From contig CBDAOY010000008.1 of assembly GCA_965198225.1 (NCBI GenBank), positions 704,001 through 768,000 of the forward strand: a stretch of DNA of 64,000 bases, read 5' to 3'. This document shows positions 28,735-39,249 of the stretch, in pieces (position 1 is the stretch's first letter; every line of letters begins with the position of its first letter). The notes beneath the pieces were generated by a model. That model did not search any database. It saw only the letters and a list, made by a program, of their open reading frames with translations, and was not told the origin of the DNA. This DNA comes from Terriglobia bacterium (GTDB lineage Bacteria > Acidobacteriota > Terriglobia > 20CM-2-55-15). A program made the position numbers and the translations under genes.

Positions 28735-28751
28735 CTCACTCATTTACACCC

Positions 28752-28984
28752 TGTGTGCTCATAGAGCGCATCCACAGCGGAACAGTACGACCTCTGGCAA
28801 GTGTAGGTCCGTTCCATGAGCGCACAGTGCTCCGGTTTGAGGGAGGCGTGGGGGGACCGGACCAGCTGTCTTTCTCCACAGACCCGCGCACTGCGATCGG
28901 TACTTGAACGCTCCCGTTTTCGTCGGGAAGGGGACGGTGGGCCCGACGCTAATGAATGGTTCCGGTCATAGACCGCACCTACAC
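28752..28984. repeat. degenerate GTAG-type REP cluster
   Basis: GTGTGCTCATAGAGCGCA, GTGTAGGTCCGTTCCATGAGCGCAC, CGGTCATAGACCGCACCTACAC. Confidence 0.7.
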
Positions 28985-28993
28985 GTTTGAAAC

Positions 28994-29530
28994 TTGCTTT
29001 GGCACGTCTTCCAGTGCCAGTCTTGTGGCATGACAGGTCCCGCCCCGAGCCACGAACGACCGCCGGAAATCCGTGTGTTCACGGCCGAGGAACGGGTGAT
29101 CGTCGAACAGACGGTAGGGAAACGGCGGACGGCGGCGCTTGGCGGGCTAATAACGCCGGTGGCCTTCGGGTGGGGGTTCTCGGGTGGCTTGACAGATTCA
29201 GTGCTGTATGGGGGCATCGGAGTGGGGTTGCTCCTCTTCATGTTCGTCGCCGGTAGCTACAGAAACCTGCGTGGCGACCTGAATCAGGGCATCGTCGAAA
29301 CGATCAAGGGCCCTCTGGAAGACTTCAAGGCCAACCCTCTCGGCATGGCTTCATTCAGCGTCGGGGGAAAGAGGTTCAAGGCGCTCGTCAATCAAAGGGA
29401 TACGGGCGCGATTGCCACCGTGAACTACCTCCCGCGGTCCAGAATCGTCCTGTCGGTAGAAGTGGACCGTGACATCTCCGTTCTGGGACTCTACCCGCTC
29501 GTTGCTCGAATTCTCCTCCCACCGCCCTGA
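28994..29530 (+). CDS. hypothetical membrane protein (N-terminal CxxC, two TM segments)
   Basis: FQCQSCG; two hydrophobic segments; start uncertain. Confidence 0.6.
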   Translation: MLWHVFQCQSCGMTGPAPSHERPPEIRVFTAEERVIVEQTVGKRRTAALGGLITPVAFGWGFSGGLTDSVLYGGIGVGLLLFMFVAGSYRNLRGDLNQGIVETIKGPLEDFKANPLGMASFSVGGKRFKALVNQRDTGAIATVNYLPRSRIVLSVEVDRDISVLGLYPLVARILLPPP

Positions 29531-29714
29531 ACGAAATCTGAAAACCGGGTCGCACCCGTTTGACCGGGATTCCTTCGTCTCTTAACATTTACGCAAGTTT
29601 TTCCAAACTTGGCGAAGGAACGCCTTTTCTATCGATGTACGGTTCAGGTGGCGAGGAACCATGCTGGAGCGTGGACGGGAGTAAGATCACATCTTTACCC
29701 TGAGCGGGGGGAAG

Positions 29715-29921
29715 GTGCAGCAGTTCGTCGAATACTTTGGACACTGCTGCGGCTGCGGACGCGTACCGACAGGCTACTGCCGCCGGTGCCTGAAAAACTG
29801 CTGGCCTTGTACGATAGCTCCAGCCCACAACGAGGGGAATCCGCACGGGCGCCGCAAAGAGATCATCCTGCACACCAGATCAACGGTCGGTACGCTCGGT
29901 CTGTGGACGTGTCTCAGTTGA
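29715..29921 (+). CDS. small Cys-rich protein
   Basis: HCCGC-x7-CRRC-x3-CWPC; G-rich RBS. Confidence 0.4.
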   Translation: MQQFVEYFGHCCGCGRVPTGYCRRCLKNCWPCTIAPAHNEGNPHGRRKEIILHTRSTVGTLGLWTCLS

Positions 29922-29938
29922 AACTTAGTCTCGTTTTC

Positions 29939-30184
29939 TTATGGAAGCGGGTCTGGTGGAGCCCCGAGGCGTTTCTTCAACTCCCGGTGCAGTTTCTTGA
30001 CTCCTTGCAAGGTCAACTCGTCGTTGTCCATCAGATGGAGGAGCTCGGCATGGGTCAGGACATATTGCAGGTTGTCGCCAAGAATGACTTTGCCGGTCTC
30101 AAAGGGTTGAGTCTGTATGCCCTGGTCTCGAAGCTTTGCGATCGCGCGTTTGATCCGCGTGGACTCAGTACTGGGTTTGGGCAT
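29939..30184 (-). CDS. hypothetical protein (81 aa)
   Basis: Protein-like composition; start uncertain. Confidence 0.5.
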   Translation of the reverse strand: MPKPSTESTRIKRAIAKLRDQGIQTQPFETGKVILGDNLQYVLTHAELLHLMDNDELTLQGVKKLHRELKKRLGAPPDPLP

Positions 30185-30414
30185 CTTGCACCAGGTCTTT
30201 AAGCTGGTCGGCGAAGGTTCTTCGAAGGGTCGGCTCGCCCATGTCGCACCACTCCTGAAGAGGAAGGGGACGGCAGCATGAGTGTAATACCAGGCGGGCG
30301 ATCAATTCTAGGAAAAGCGCCATATTTGAACAGCTGTGTCAGGAGACATCGAAGAGCGGCGCGAAAGATCGGTTCCCAGAGCTAAGGAATACGAGCCGAT
30401 AGTCCGTTGACCGT

Positions 30415-30615
30415 TCATATCTCCGGGTAAAAGTCAAAGAACGCATCAACACTCTGAGCAAGCTGATTCTGGATAGTGCTTCGGTCTCCGTGAAGCAGGT
30501 GCATCGTCACGCGGGCGCTCTTGCCGTTTTTCAACTCAACAACCGCGTCCTCGACAGCCTCCAGTTCGTCGGCCGGCAAAAGCCGCAGCCCATAGATCAA
30601 AGCCAGATCGGCCAT
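30415..30615 (-). CDS. small hypothetical protein (66 aa)
   Basis: GGAGAAG RBS; MADLALIYG...SVDAFFDFYPEI. Confidence 0.7.
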   Translation of the reverse strand: MADLALIYGLRLLPADELEAVEDAVVELKNGKSARVTMHLLHGDRSTIQNQLAQSVDAFFDFYPEI

Positions 30616-31033
30616 ATCTTCTTCTCCGTTTCTGCAGCCCGCCTCGCCAACGAGGGGCCGTTGAGATTTGCACTCCTTCAAGAGAGCCTAGAGTTTCAAC
30701 TATTGCAAGTTGACGGTCAAGCTGCCTCGACCGTTTACGAAAAGGGCTGGGGAGACCCCGGAACTCAAATGAAGCGAAGAGCTACGATTCGATAGCCGAT
30801 CCAATGGACATGGATGGCCCTGCCGGAACTGACCGATTCTTGAGACTCTGCAGAGGTTTTTCGGTCATGGTAAATTGGGTTCCCGAAAGAGTCGAGAACT
30901 GAGAGGGCACGACTAAGAACGTATCGTGCCAGCGGCACGCGGTTGGACCCCACGGTTGCCATCACGCTCACCCGATTGTGCGCGAGAAAAAGGTTTAGTC
31001 CACGCCGCATCGGGTGACAGGAGATCGGGTTCG

Positions 31034-33252
31034 ATGAATCTCATAGAGAGCCAGCCGCGAGCGACCTCGACTCACGGATTCTGCCTTGCCGTCCTGATAT
31101 TCGCTATGGCCATGGCTCCGACCTCCTATGCTCAGATCAACCTCCAGATCTTTCCGAACGGATCTTCGAATGAAATCAGAGGCAACCGGAACGCCATGAC
31201 CGCCGATTTTACGTCCCTCGGAGCCGGCCTGGTCGTAACGGGATCGCTGTTGGCGAACTCACCGCTGACGACGACGACTCTGACTATCAGCTACCCTGCA
31301 GCCATCACTTCCAATAACGTCGGTCCAATTCCAGCGAGTGATGGTCTCCGCATCGAAGGTAGCACCGGCGTCTTCGCGACGGCCGCGATCACGACTGTTC
31401 AGTTCAGCTCGGGCAGGATCGACCTCAGCTTACCGGGGTTCGGTAGCACGACGAACACTCTTTCCGGTTCGTTCCGGCTGGTGGGGGTCCGTATCGATAC
31501 CACGGGATTGTCCGCGCCGGTGACGGCGACGTTCTCCCTGAACACCTCATCAAACAATTACTTGCTGTCCACCCCGAGCGGCACGGTAATCACGACCCTT
31601 GGCGATGGTATCGGTAGCCTGGCCCTCGGAGCGCGGTCGGGCGCAACCGACTTCGGAACCGCGACTCTGCTGACGAACGCCACCGTCAGTGACAACACCG
31701 CTTCACTTCTGATTACCGAAGGTTTTGCATCGGCGTGGCGGACCAGCTTTCAATCGTCCGGGAGCAACACGTCGCTCGTCAACGGAGTTCAGGCAAAGCT
31801 CACATTCGCCGGTATCCAATCCGGCATGACGTTGACCCTCTCGAACCCGAGCAGCAGCCCCACGCTCACTGGTGTTTCGATCGATGACACCGAGCTCACG
31901 GCATCGAGTGGAGACAATGACAGTACGATTTCGTTCACAGGTACAAGCTTGACGGCGGTCGAAGAAATCCAGATCGACGTGACCGTTTCCCTTGGCCCGG
32001 GCACGACAAGTCTCAGTGTTGGTTCGGTGACGGCGGCCGCGAGTCTGGCTCCAGAGGGTGCCGCGCTCGATTCGAATAACGTACCGACGGCATCCGGTGG
32101 GTATCCCAGATTCGTACCGGCCGAGGTGGGGTCTGTTGCCAATATCGCCATCGGTGCATCTCCGGCGATACCAGTTGCGGGAGCGACGAATCCCGTACCT
32201 ACCGTTATTGGCCTGGTTCCTGCAAAAGGTCCCCCCGGAATCAGTTTTGCCGCGACCCTTTTTGGTGCGAATCTCACGGGCGCAACGTCGATCGACTTCA
32301 CCGGGACGGGCGTGACCGGGGTTGTCGGTTCCGGCGGCACGTCCAGTCGTGTTCCGCTTTCGGTCACGATCGATTCCGACGCGCCGAGTGGGCCGAGATT
32401 GGTGACAGTGACAACCTCTTTGGGTATTCTGTTCCGTTCGAAGGCTTTGCCGTGGAACAGCCACAACCTCGACGGCCAGCGAGCCCCCTGGAACTCGTAC
32501 CGGCAGTAGAGCAGGGAATTGTAATCACCGGTTACGCCATCGTGACACCGGATCCGACAACACCTGTTCCCGTGACGTTTGTAACCTTGAGACTGATGGA
32601 GCAGGGATTAGTCGTGTCTCAGGCGGACATCCCGGTGGCGACTATCGCAACCACGGCTTCACTGTTTGCTGACGTAGCATCCACGATCAACAGACGGATG
32701 GGAGTCGCTGTGATCAATCCCGGCTCTGCAAGAACCGATATCGCGATCACGCTTGTAGATCAGAGCGGGGCACCCGTTGCCAGTTCTACAACAATGGCGG
32801 TAGAACCCTATTCTCAGGTGGCACGGTTTCTCGGAGAGTTGTTCCCAGCCGCTGCCGTCGAACCCGCATTCACCGGACATCTCAGCTTGCGCGGAGATCT
32901 ACCCTTCGCGGTTGTTGCCTTAAGCTTCAACGGGCGAGTTTTTGCCGCAACCGGTCCTCGAAACGCTGGCGAGGCAGTCGCGGTTCCGGAAAGAATCCTG
33001 CAACAAGTCGGTCCGTTCACGACAGCGAAAGTTGGCGGGCCGCTCGCTCAGATCCTCCCACAAGTCGCTTTCGGTGGCGGTTGGGTGACTCAAATCGCTC
33101 TGGTCAACACTGGCGCCTCGCTGTCTACCGGCCGGCTTGACGTTTTCGATTCGGATGGCCTGCCGTTAGCGGTGAAGTTTGACGGCGAGACAAACAGTAC
33201 AGTCGAGTACTCCATACCAGCGGGAGGAACCTTAGTCCTTACGCCACGGTAG
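31034..33252 (+). pseudogene. large Ser/Thr-rich exported surface protein with IPT/TIG domain, frameshifted near 32425
   Basis: ORFs 31034-32509 and 32452-33252 join if one base is added at GGTATTCT (giving G-I-S-V-P-F-E-G-F-A-V-E-Q). Confidence 0.7.
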
Positions 33253-33436
33253 CGACCGATCAAGCTTTGGTAAAAGCATGAGCCGCGTTCTTGGTCCAAC
33301 CTGACCGATCGAGAGCGCTGTCGGAGAACTGCGATGCGGTGGGCACAGAATGACGTACAATCTGCCTCACCTTCCAGTCGAGTGGAGAATACCCATTGAA
33401 ACAGACGCTTCAGATCCAATAACTTAGACACACCCG

Positions 33437-33509
33437 GGGCGGTTAGCTCAGTTGGAAGAGCATTCGGTTTACACCCGAAAGGTCACAAGTTCGAGCCTTG
33501 TACCGCCCA
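33437..33509 (+). tRNA. tRNA-Val (TAC), CCA not encoded
   Basis: GGGCGGTTAGCTCAGTTGGAAGAGCATTCGGTTTACACCCGAAAGGTCACAAGTTCGAGCCTTGTACCGCCCA. Confidence 0.96.
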
Positions 33510-33543
33510 TTTTCCCACCCATTTCAGTTCTGGAAGGAGCTCG

Positions 33544-35190
33544 ATGACGACGAAGGATCCGGACGAATCCGCGGGCAGCGCCGAGATAGTCGGGAGTGAG
33601 CTTCTTTACCATCCCTGGGTCAACAAGGGTACCGCGTTCACCGAGGAAGAGCGTGCCGCCTGGAAGCTGGAAGGGCGGCTGCCGCCGCGTGTTCACTCCC
33701 AGGACCTTCAGGTGGAGCAGGTCATGGAGATGTTCCGGAAGAAGACGTCCGACCTGGAGCGGCATATCTTCCTCATGGCGCTCCAGGATCGGAACGAAAG
33801 GCTCTTCTATCGCACTCTGGGGGACAACATCGAAGAGTTGATGCCGATCATCTACACCCCGACGGTCGGTGAGGCCTCACGGGAGTACTCCCACACCTTC
33901 CGTCGTCCACAGGGCCTCTATATCTGTGCCGGTCACAGGGGCCGGATTGGGAAAGTGCTCCGGAACTGGTCGGCGCCCGACGTCGGCATCATCGTCGTCA
34001 CCGACGGAGAGCGAATCCTCGGTTTGGGGGACCTCGGCGTCAACGGGATGGGCATTCCCATCGGGAAGCTGGTCCTCTACACCGCCGCTGCGGGAATCCA
34101 TCCCTCGCTCACGCTACCGATCGCGCTCGACGTCGGGACGAATAACGTCGAACTGCGCGAGGACCCCATGTACCTGGGCTTGGCTCAGGAGAGACTGGAC
34201 GGGAAGGAATACGACGAGTTTCTCGACGAGTTCGTCGAGGCAGTCGAGGAGGTGTTTCCACGAGCGCTACTTCAATTCGAGGACTTTGCCAACAAACACG
34301 CGATCCCGCTTCTCCGGCGCTATAAGAACCGGACCCGAACGTTCAACGACGACATGCAGGGAACCGCCGCGGTTGTCCTGGCCGGCTTCTTTGCCGCCAA
34401 TCGTATCGTCGGTAAGAGCTTGATCGATCATAAGATCCTCTTCCTGGGCGCGGGGACGGCCGGGACGGGAATCGCCGACCTGGTCGTGACGGCAATGGTG
34501 AAGGAAGGGCTTTCGCAGGCCGAAGCCAGGCGGCGCTGCTGGTTTGTCGATGTCGATGGCTTGCTCGTCAGAAGTCGAACCAATCTTTCCGAGCACAACC
34601 TTCCTTATGCCCACGAGCACGAATCCCTGCGTGACCTCCATTCCGCCGTGGCCGCGCTGGGGCCGACGGCCCTCATCGGAGTTTCGGGACAGGCCGGCCT
34701 GTTTACACAGTCCGTCGTCGAGGCGATGGCCCGCTTCAATCGCCGGCCGATCATCTTTCCCCTGTCGAACCCCTCATCCAATGCCGAATGCAGCGCCGAA
34801 GAGGCCTATCGGTGGACGAACGGTGCCGCCGTGGTCTCGACAGGCAGCCCTTTCCATCCAGTCGAGCTCCAGGGTCGCACTTTCGTCCCCGGCCAGGGCA
34901 ACAACGCCTACATCTTTCCGGGACTCGGGTTGGGGGTCATCGCTTCCGGTTCCAGTCTGGTGACCGACGAGATGTTTTTCGTGGCTGCGAGAACGCTCGC
35001 GGATCAGGTAACGCAGCAATCGTTGGAGCGAGGGACGATCTATCCGTCCTTGGGCGACCTCTACCGGGTTTCGGTTGAGATAGCCACAGCGGTGGCCCGG
35101 CTCGCCTACGAGGAGGGGTTGGCCACGGTGCCGGAACCAAACGACCTCGAAGAGCATGTTAGAGCGATGAGATACGATCCCCGCTACTAA
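33544..35190 (+). CDS. maeA: NAD(P)-dependent malic enzyme, large SfcA/MaeA type
   Basis: NKGTAFT, PIIYTPTVG, VTDGERILGLGDLG, QFEDF, FNDDMQGT, GAGTAG, PLSNP, GQGNNAYIFPG. Confidence 0.95.
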   Translation: MTTKDPDESAGSAEIVGSELLYHPWVNKGTAFTEEERAAWKLEGRLPPRVHSQDLQVEQVMEMFRKKTSDLERHIFLMALQDRNERLFYRTLGDNIEELMPIIYTPTVGEASREYSHTFRRPQGLYICAGHRGRIGKVLRNWSAPDVGIIVVTDGERILGLGDLGVNGMGIPIGKLVLYTAAAGIHPSLTLPIALDVGTNNVELREDPMYLGLAQERLDGKEYDEFLDEFVEAVEEVFPRALLQFEDFANKHAIPLLRRYKNRTRTFNDDMQGTAAVVLAGFFAANRIVGKSLIDHKILFLGAGTAGTGIADLVVTAMVKEGLSQAEARRRCWFVDVDGLLVRSRTNLSEHNLPYAHEHESLRDLHSAVAALGPTALIGVSGQAGLFTQSVVEAMARFNRRPIIFPLSNPSSNAECSAEEAYRWTNGAAVVSTGSPFHPVELQGRTFVPGQGNNAYIFPGLGLGVIASGSSLVTDEMFFVAARTLADQVTQQSLERGTIYPSLGDLYRVSVEIATAVARLAYEEGLATVPEPNDLEEHVRAMRYDPRY

Positions 35191-35399
35191 CCAGCGACTC
35201 GCTCCCCCCCGGAATTCTCCCAGAAATCCTGTAACGATTCGCCGCCCGAACCGGTCTTAGAGGTGTCGGCGGTACTTACACGGTAGATTTGACCGGCCGT
35301 GGCGCGATTTTTTTGAACTTTTTTCCGCAAGCTTCGTATTCGAGTTCAAGCGCGCGGATGTGCGATAGCAAGTTTGCCGATTCTGGAGGATGAGACGCG

Positions 35400-36107
35400 A
35401 TGAACGAGCAAAGTCAGGAATTGATTCGACTCGAGAACGTGACGAAGGTGTTCTACACGGATGAAGTAGAAACACATGCCCTGTCGGGGATTCATCTCGA
35501 CATCCGTGCTGGGGAATACGTTTCGATGTCGGGACCGTCGGGTTGCGGAAAGTCGACGCTGCTGTCGATCCTGGGACTCCTGGACACACCCAGCGAGGGC
35601 ACCTACTGGCTGAACGATCGCCATGTCGCCGATCTCACGCTGGCCGAACGAGCTCGTATCCGGAATCGCGAAATCGGCTTTATTTTCCAGAGTTTCAACC
35701 TCATCGGGGATCTGACCGTATACGAAAACGTGGAGCTGCCCTTGATCTACCGCGGCATGCCCGCATCGGAACGGAAATCACGCGTCCAGGAAGCCTTCGA
35801 ACGGGTTCAGATGGCGCACCGAATGAAGCACTATCCGTCTCAGCTCAGCGGTGGACAGCAGCAGCGCGTCGCAGTCGCGCGTGCCCTGTCGGGGCACCCC
35901 TCGATCCTCCTGGCCGACGAGCCGACAGGGAACCTCGATTCCAAGAACGGCGAAGCGACGATGGAGCTTCTCGAGGAGTTGCACCGGGACGGTTCGACAA
36001 TCTGCATGGTCACCCACGACCCGCGGTACGCGGAGAGGGCGGAACGTATCGTGAACCTGTTCGACGGCGTGATCGTCGAGGAACAGGCTGCCGCCGGGGT
36101 GAGCTGA
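35400..36107 (+). CDS. ABC transporter ATP-binding protein, MacB/LolD type
   Basis: GPSGCGKST, LSGGQQQRVAVARAL, LADEPTGNLD, VTHD. Confidence 0.95.
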   Translation: MNEQSQELIRLENVTKVFYTDEVETHALSGIHLDIRAGEYVSMSGPSGCGKSTLLSILGLLDTPSEGTYWLNDRHVADLTLAERARIRNREIGFIFQSFNLIGDLTVYENVELPLIYRGMPASERKSRVQEAFERVQMAHRMKHYPSQLSGGQQQRVAVARALSGHPSILLADEPTGNLDSKNGEATMELLEELHRDGSTICMVTHDPRYAERAERIVNLFDGVIVEEQAAAGVS

Positions 36108-36447
36108 GCGCTCCAGAGTTTTTCCGAAGCCGGGGCCCGACCGAAACACCTCCCACACTCAGCAGCCCGTGGCCAGCAGTCTGATGGCTCGCGTTACGGC
36201 GGCGTTGCGCCAGATGCTAGGCGTCGCGCCGACCGATCTGCGTGTCCGGATAAATGTCGCGCGGCAACAACGCAGATGGTGTGACGCCGCCGTAACCCTT
36301 CGGGCGCACGGGGGTTGCGGTCGGATACTTTGTTGCTCGTCGTCATGATGGAAACAGCATCAGTTCCTCCTCGCGCCTCGTCTCCGCCTCGCAAGACCCG
36401 TGCGCGCGAACCATCAGACTGCTGGCCACGGGTTGCACGGCCTCGGC

Positions 36448-36588
36448 GAATACGGTGTAAGCGTCACCGATCCGTTCACTTTCATCGCTGTCGCTGGCCT
36501 CTTCACCGCCATGGCTTTCCTGGCCTGCTACCTGCCGGCCCGACGGGCGACCCGCCTCGACCCACTGACGTCACTGCGGTACGAATAA
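36448..36588 (+). pseudogene. C-terminal remnant of an ADOP/MacB-type ABC permease
   Basis: YGVSVTDPFTF...LACYLPARRATRLDPLTSLRYE, the typical FtsX-domain C-terminus; the rest of the gene is absent. Confidence 0.85.
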
Positions 36589-36593
36589 ACAAG

Positions 36594-36717
36594 GTGTGGG
36601 TGCGGCCTATGACCGCACACCCTTCGAACCGAAACACGCTCAGGCACGTGTAGGTGCGGTCTATGACCGCACAATCTTCGAGCCGAAACAATGTGCGCTC
36701 ATGGAGCGCACCTACAC
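36594..36717. repeat. GTAG-type REP/REPIN cluster
   Basis: Three REP units with the TTCGA(A/G)CCGAAAC spacer. Confidence 0.85.
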
Positions 36718-36810
36718 CCGATCGTGAAGTGTCGCGGCTACTTCCGGGGCTTGCGCTTCCTACCCCAGTGACTTAGCCTTTTCGACAAACCAGCCTCCTG
36801 GAGGTTCCTC

Positions 36811-37944
36811 GTGAAGCGAAGACTTGTTTTGGCGGTGGTCCTGTTTGCCGTTGGCAGCCTGGGCCATGCCCAGCAGAACGAACGACCTCGGGTTCGCGAT
36901 GTTGGTATCAATCCGGGAGTGCTCTCGCCCGGGCCGCTGAACGCGATCACCGACGTCGGGGGCGTTGCCGTTGGACACACCACGATCATTCGCGGCACCG
37001 ACATCCGGACCGGCGTCACGGCTATTCTGCCGCACCAGGGGAACCTGTTCCGCCGGAAGGTCCCCGGCGCCGTGTTCATCGGAAACGCTTTCGGCAAGCT
37101 CGCGGGCTCGACGCAGGTCAACGAACTCGGCGAAATCGAGACCCCGATCGTCCTGACCTCCACCCTGTCGGTGCCGCGCGTGGCCGACGCGGTGATGGAC
37201 TACATGCTGGCGCTGCCGGGCAACGAGAACGTGCGATCGATCAACCCGCTCGTCGGGGAGACCAACGATGGCGGCCTGAACGATATTCGTGGCCGCCACA
37301 TCACTTCAGAAGACGTCGCCAACGCGATCCGAGAGGCCTCGAGTGGCGCCGTCGACGAAGGTGTCGTGGGGGCCGGAGTCGGTACGACTGCGTTTGGCTT
37401 CAAGGGTGGGATCGGATCGTCTTCCCGGCGCCTGCCGGACGGATCGGGTGGATACACGGTTGGCGTCCTCGTGCAGACCAACTTCGGGGGCGTCCTGACG
37501 ATCAACGGCGCGCCGGTTGGAGAAGAACTGGGACGTTACTACATGCGGAATCAGATCGAGGGCGCGCCGGCGGGTGGCGCCGGAGGAGTCGACAATGCGG
37601 ACGGTTCCATCATGATCGTCGTTGGCACCGACGCCCCGATCGAAAACCGGAACCTCAAACGCCTGGCAGCCAGGGCAATGATGGGTCTGGGCCGAACCGG
37701 CTCGGCCTCCACCAACGGAAGCGGGGACTTCGTCATCGCGTTTTCCACCGCCCGCGAACCGGAACAGCTTCTGAGCAACAACCGCATGTCGCCTCTGTTT
37801 CTCGCCGTGATCGAAGCGACCGAAGAAGCAATCTACAACTCCCTGTTCCGCGCCACGTCCACGACAGGCAGGGGCCGCACCGTCGATGCGCTTCCGATAG
37901 AAAGAACACTGGAGATCATGCGCAAGTACGGCGCGATCCGTTAG
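36811..37944 (+). CDS. DmpA/P1 family (S58) aminopeptidase, exported
   Basis: NAITDV.GV.VGH, RTGVTAILP, NPLVGETNDG, GFKGGIGSSSR, NG|SGDF autocleavage site. Confidence 0.93.
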   Translation: MKRRLVLAVVLFAVGSLGHAQQNERPRVRDVGINPGVLSPGPLNAITDVGGVAVGHTTIIRGTDIRTGVTAILPHQGNLFRRKVPGAVFIGNAFGKLAGSTQVNELGEIETPIVLTSTLSVPRVADAVMDYMLALPGNENVRSINPLVGETNDGGLNDIRGRHITSEDVANAIREASSGAVDEGVVGAGVGTTAFGFKGGIGSSSRRLPDGSGGYTVGVLVQTNFGGVLTINGAPVGEELGRYYMRNQIEGAPAGGAGGVDNADGSIMIVVGTDAPIENRNLKRLAARAMMGLGRTGSASTNGSGDFVIAFSTAREPEQLLSNNRMSPLFLAVIEATEEAIYNSLFRATSTTGRGRTVDALPIERTLEIMRKYGAIR

Positions 37945-38018
37945 TGATCAAGCGTGATGTCAGCCCTCAGCGGCCAGCTATCAGCTCAGGCGGATGGGAC
38001 TATCGTCCCGTTCTTGAA

Positions 38019-38091
38019 GTGTATGTGCGCTCTATGAGCGCACAACGCGCCGGTCCGCGGGCATCTGTGCGGTCATAGACCGCACCTACAC
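38019..38091. repeat. GTAG-type REP pair
   Basis: GTGTATGTGCGCTCTATGAGCGCAC ... GTGCGGTCATAGACCGCACCTACAC. Confidence 0.85.
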
Positions 38092-38106
38092 CGGGGGGAG
38101 ACACGT

Positions 38107-39210
38107 TCAATTGACCGTAATCGTGCCGGGACCGATGCGCCCCAGGTTTCCATTGCCGGCGGTGATTCGGATCCCGGTCGTAAACAACAGGTCGTTCTGT
38201 TTCTTTCCCGGGACGGGGTTACTGAGGTAACGGTCGCTCACGGTGACCTGCCAGCTCAACCAGTCGTTGAGCCGCGTCACGGCCGTTGTATCGAATGTCA
38301 ATCGAAACTCCCCGAGGTCACTCATGTTCGGAAACACCGCCAGGCGCTGAGTCACCGATGTCAGGCTCGTGAGCCGGTAGCTCAAGTCTTCTCCGAAAAC
38401 GGACTCCCCAGACCTCCGGTCCAGGCCGTTCGCGAAGAACTCCTGGTTGGACGACGCACCCGCAAACAACTCGAGAGACGCCTGCGGCGTTTCCACCAGA
38501 TCCACACCCAATCCACCACCCAGTACCAGCCGAAGGTCGAGATCCTGGAACCGATCGAACTCCAGATCTGTAAAACCGAAAGTGAAGAACCGGTCGCTGA
38601 GGCTGAGCTCGTACCGGGAGCCGCCGCGGACCGCATTGGCGGTCGTAACCGATTCTCCCGTCGTCGAGTTGTCGGCGAAGACAGTGGTGAAGTAACCGCT
38701 GAGCTCATTGTCCTCGGTCGTCCGTGCCGCCCGGACACCGACGTTCAGCGCGCGCGTGTCGGCATTACCCTGAGTGGAACTGATGGCGGCGTCGATTGCA
38801 GCGGACCAGAAATCCGTGAAGCGGGGATTGTCCAGGCGCTCCCTCTCGATGCGCAGCCTTTCGTATTCGGGTTCGGAACGGATGGAGACGACACTCTCCC
38901 TGTTGACGGCCACCGTCTCGGCATCGGTTCGCACTTCGAGAGTTCCGGCGCCCGCCGACAGAGCGCCGACGATCAACCGCTCGTCGGCCAGCGTGACATA
39001 CATGCGGTCGTCGGACTGGATGTCCGAGATCGAATCCCAGTCGGCAGAGAGACTCCCGAGCAGCTCGGACCGGACTTCGATCCGGCCTCCTTCGAGACGC
39101 ACAATTGCCCCGGTAACGCGGTCTCCGTTGGTCAGGACGAGGCGATCGGCCTTGGCCGCCGTGCTGAAGAATGAGAGGGCGACAAGCGTGGGGAGGATGC
39201 GTTTCATCAT
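38107..39210 (-). CDS. DUF481-like outer-membrane protein
   Basis: D.L.L.NGDRVTG, TQGNADT, FDRFQDLDLR..LGGGLG, DRYLSNP.PG.K.ND. Confidence 0.85.
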   Translation of the reverse strand: MMKRILPTLVALSFFSTAAKADRLVLTNGDRVTGAIVRLEGGRIEVRSELLGSLSADWDSISDIQSDDRMYVTLADERLIVGALSAGAGTLEVRTDAETVAVNRESVVSIRSEPEYERLRIERERLDNPRFTDFWSAAIDAAISSTQGNADTRALNVGVRAARTTEDNELSGYFTTVFADNSTTGESVTTANAVRGGSRYELSLSDRFFTFGFTDLEFDRFQDLDLRLVLGGGLGVDLVETPQASLELFAGASSNQEFFANGLDRRSGESVFGEDLSYRLTSLTSVTQRLAVFPNMSDLGEFRLTFDTTAVTRLNDWLSWQVTVSDRYLSNPVPGKKQNDLLFTTGIRITAGNGNLGRIGPGTITVN

Positions 39211-39249
39211 CCTCCCAGCTTACCCAAAGAACGGCCGGAAAAGGGGTCG

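Noticed and set aside
28700-33509. tRNA-Val- or tRNA-Arg-anchored prophage or genomic island
   Set aside because: No integrase, no duplicated tRNA 3' end and no phage genes seen
36594-36717. CRISPR array from REP clusters or the 18-bp array
   Set aside because: Units are inverted or abutting with conserved spacers, and there are no cas genes
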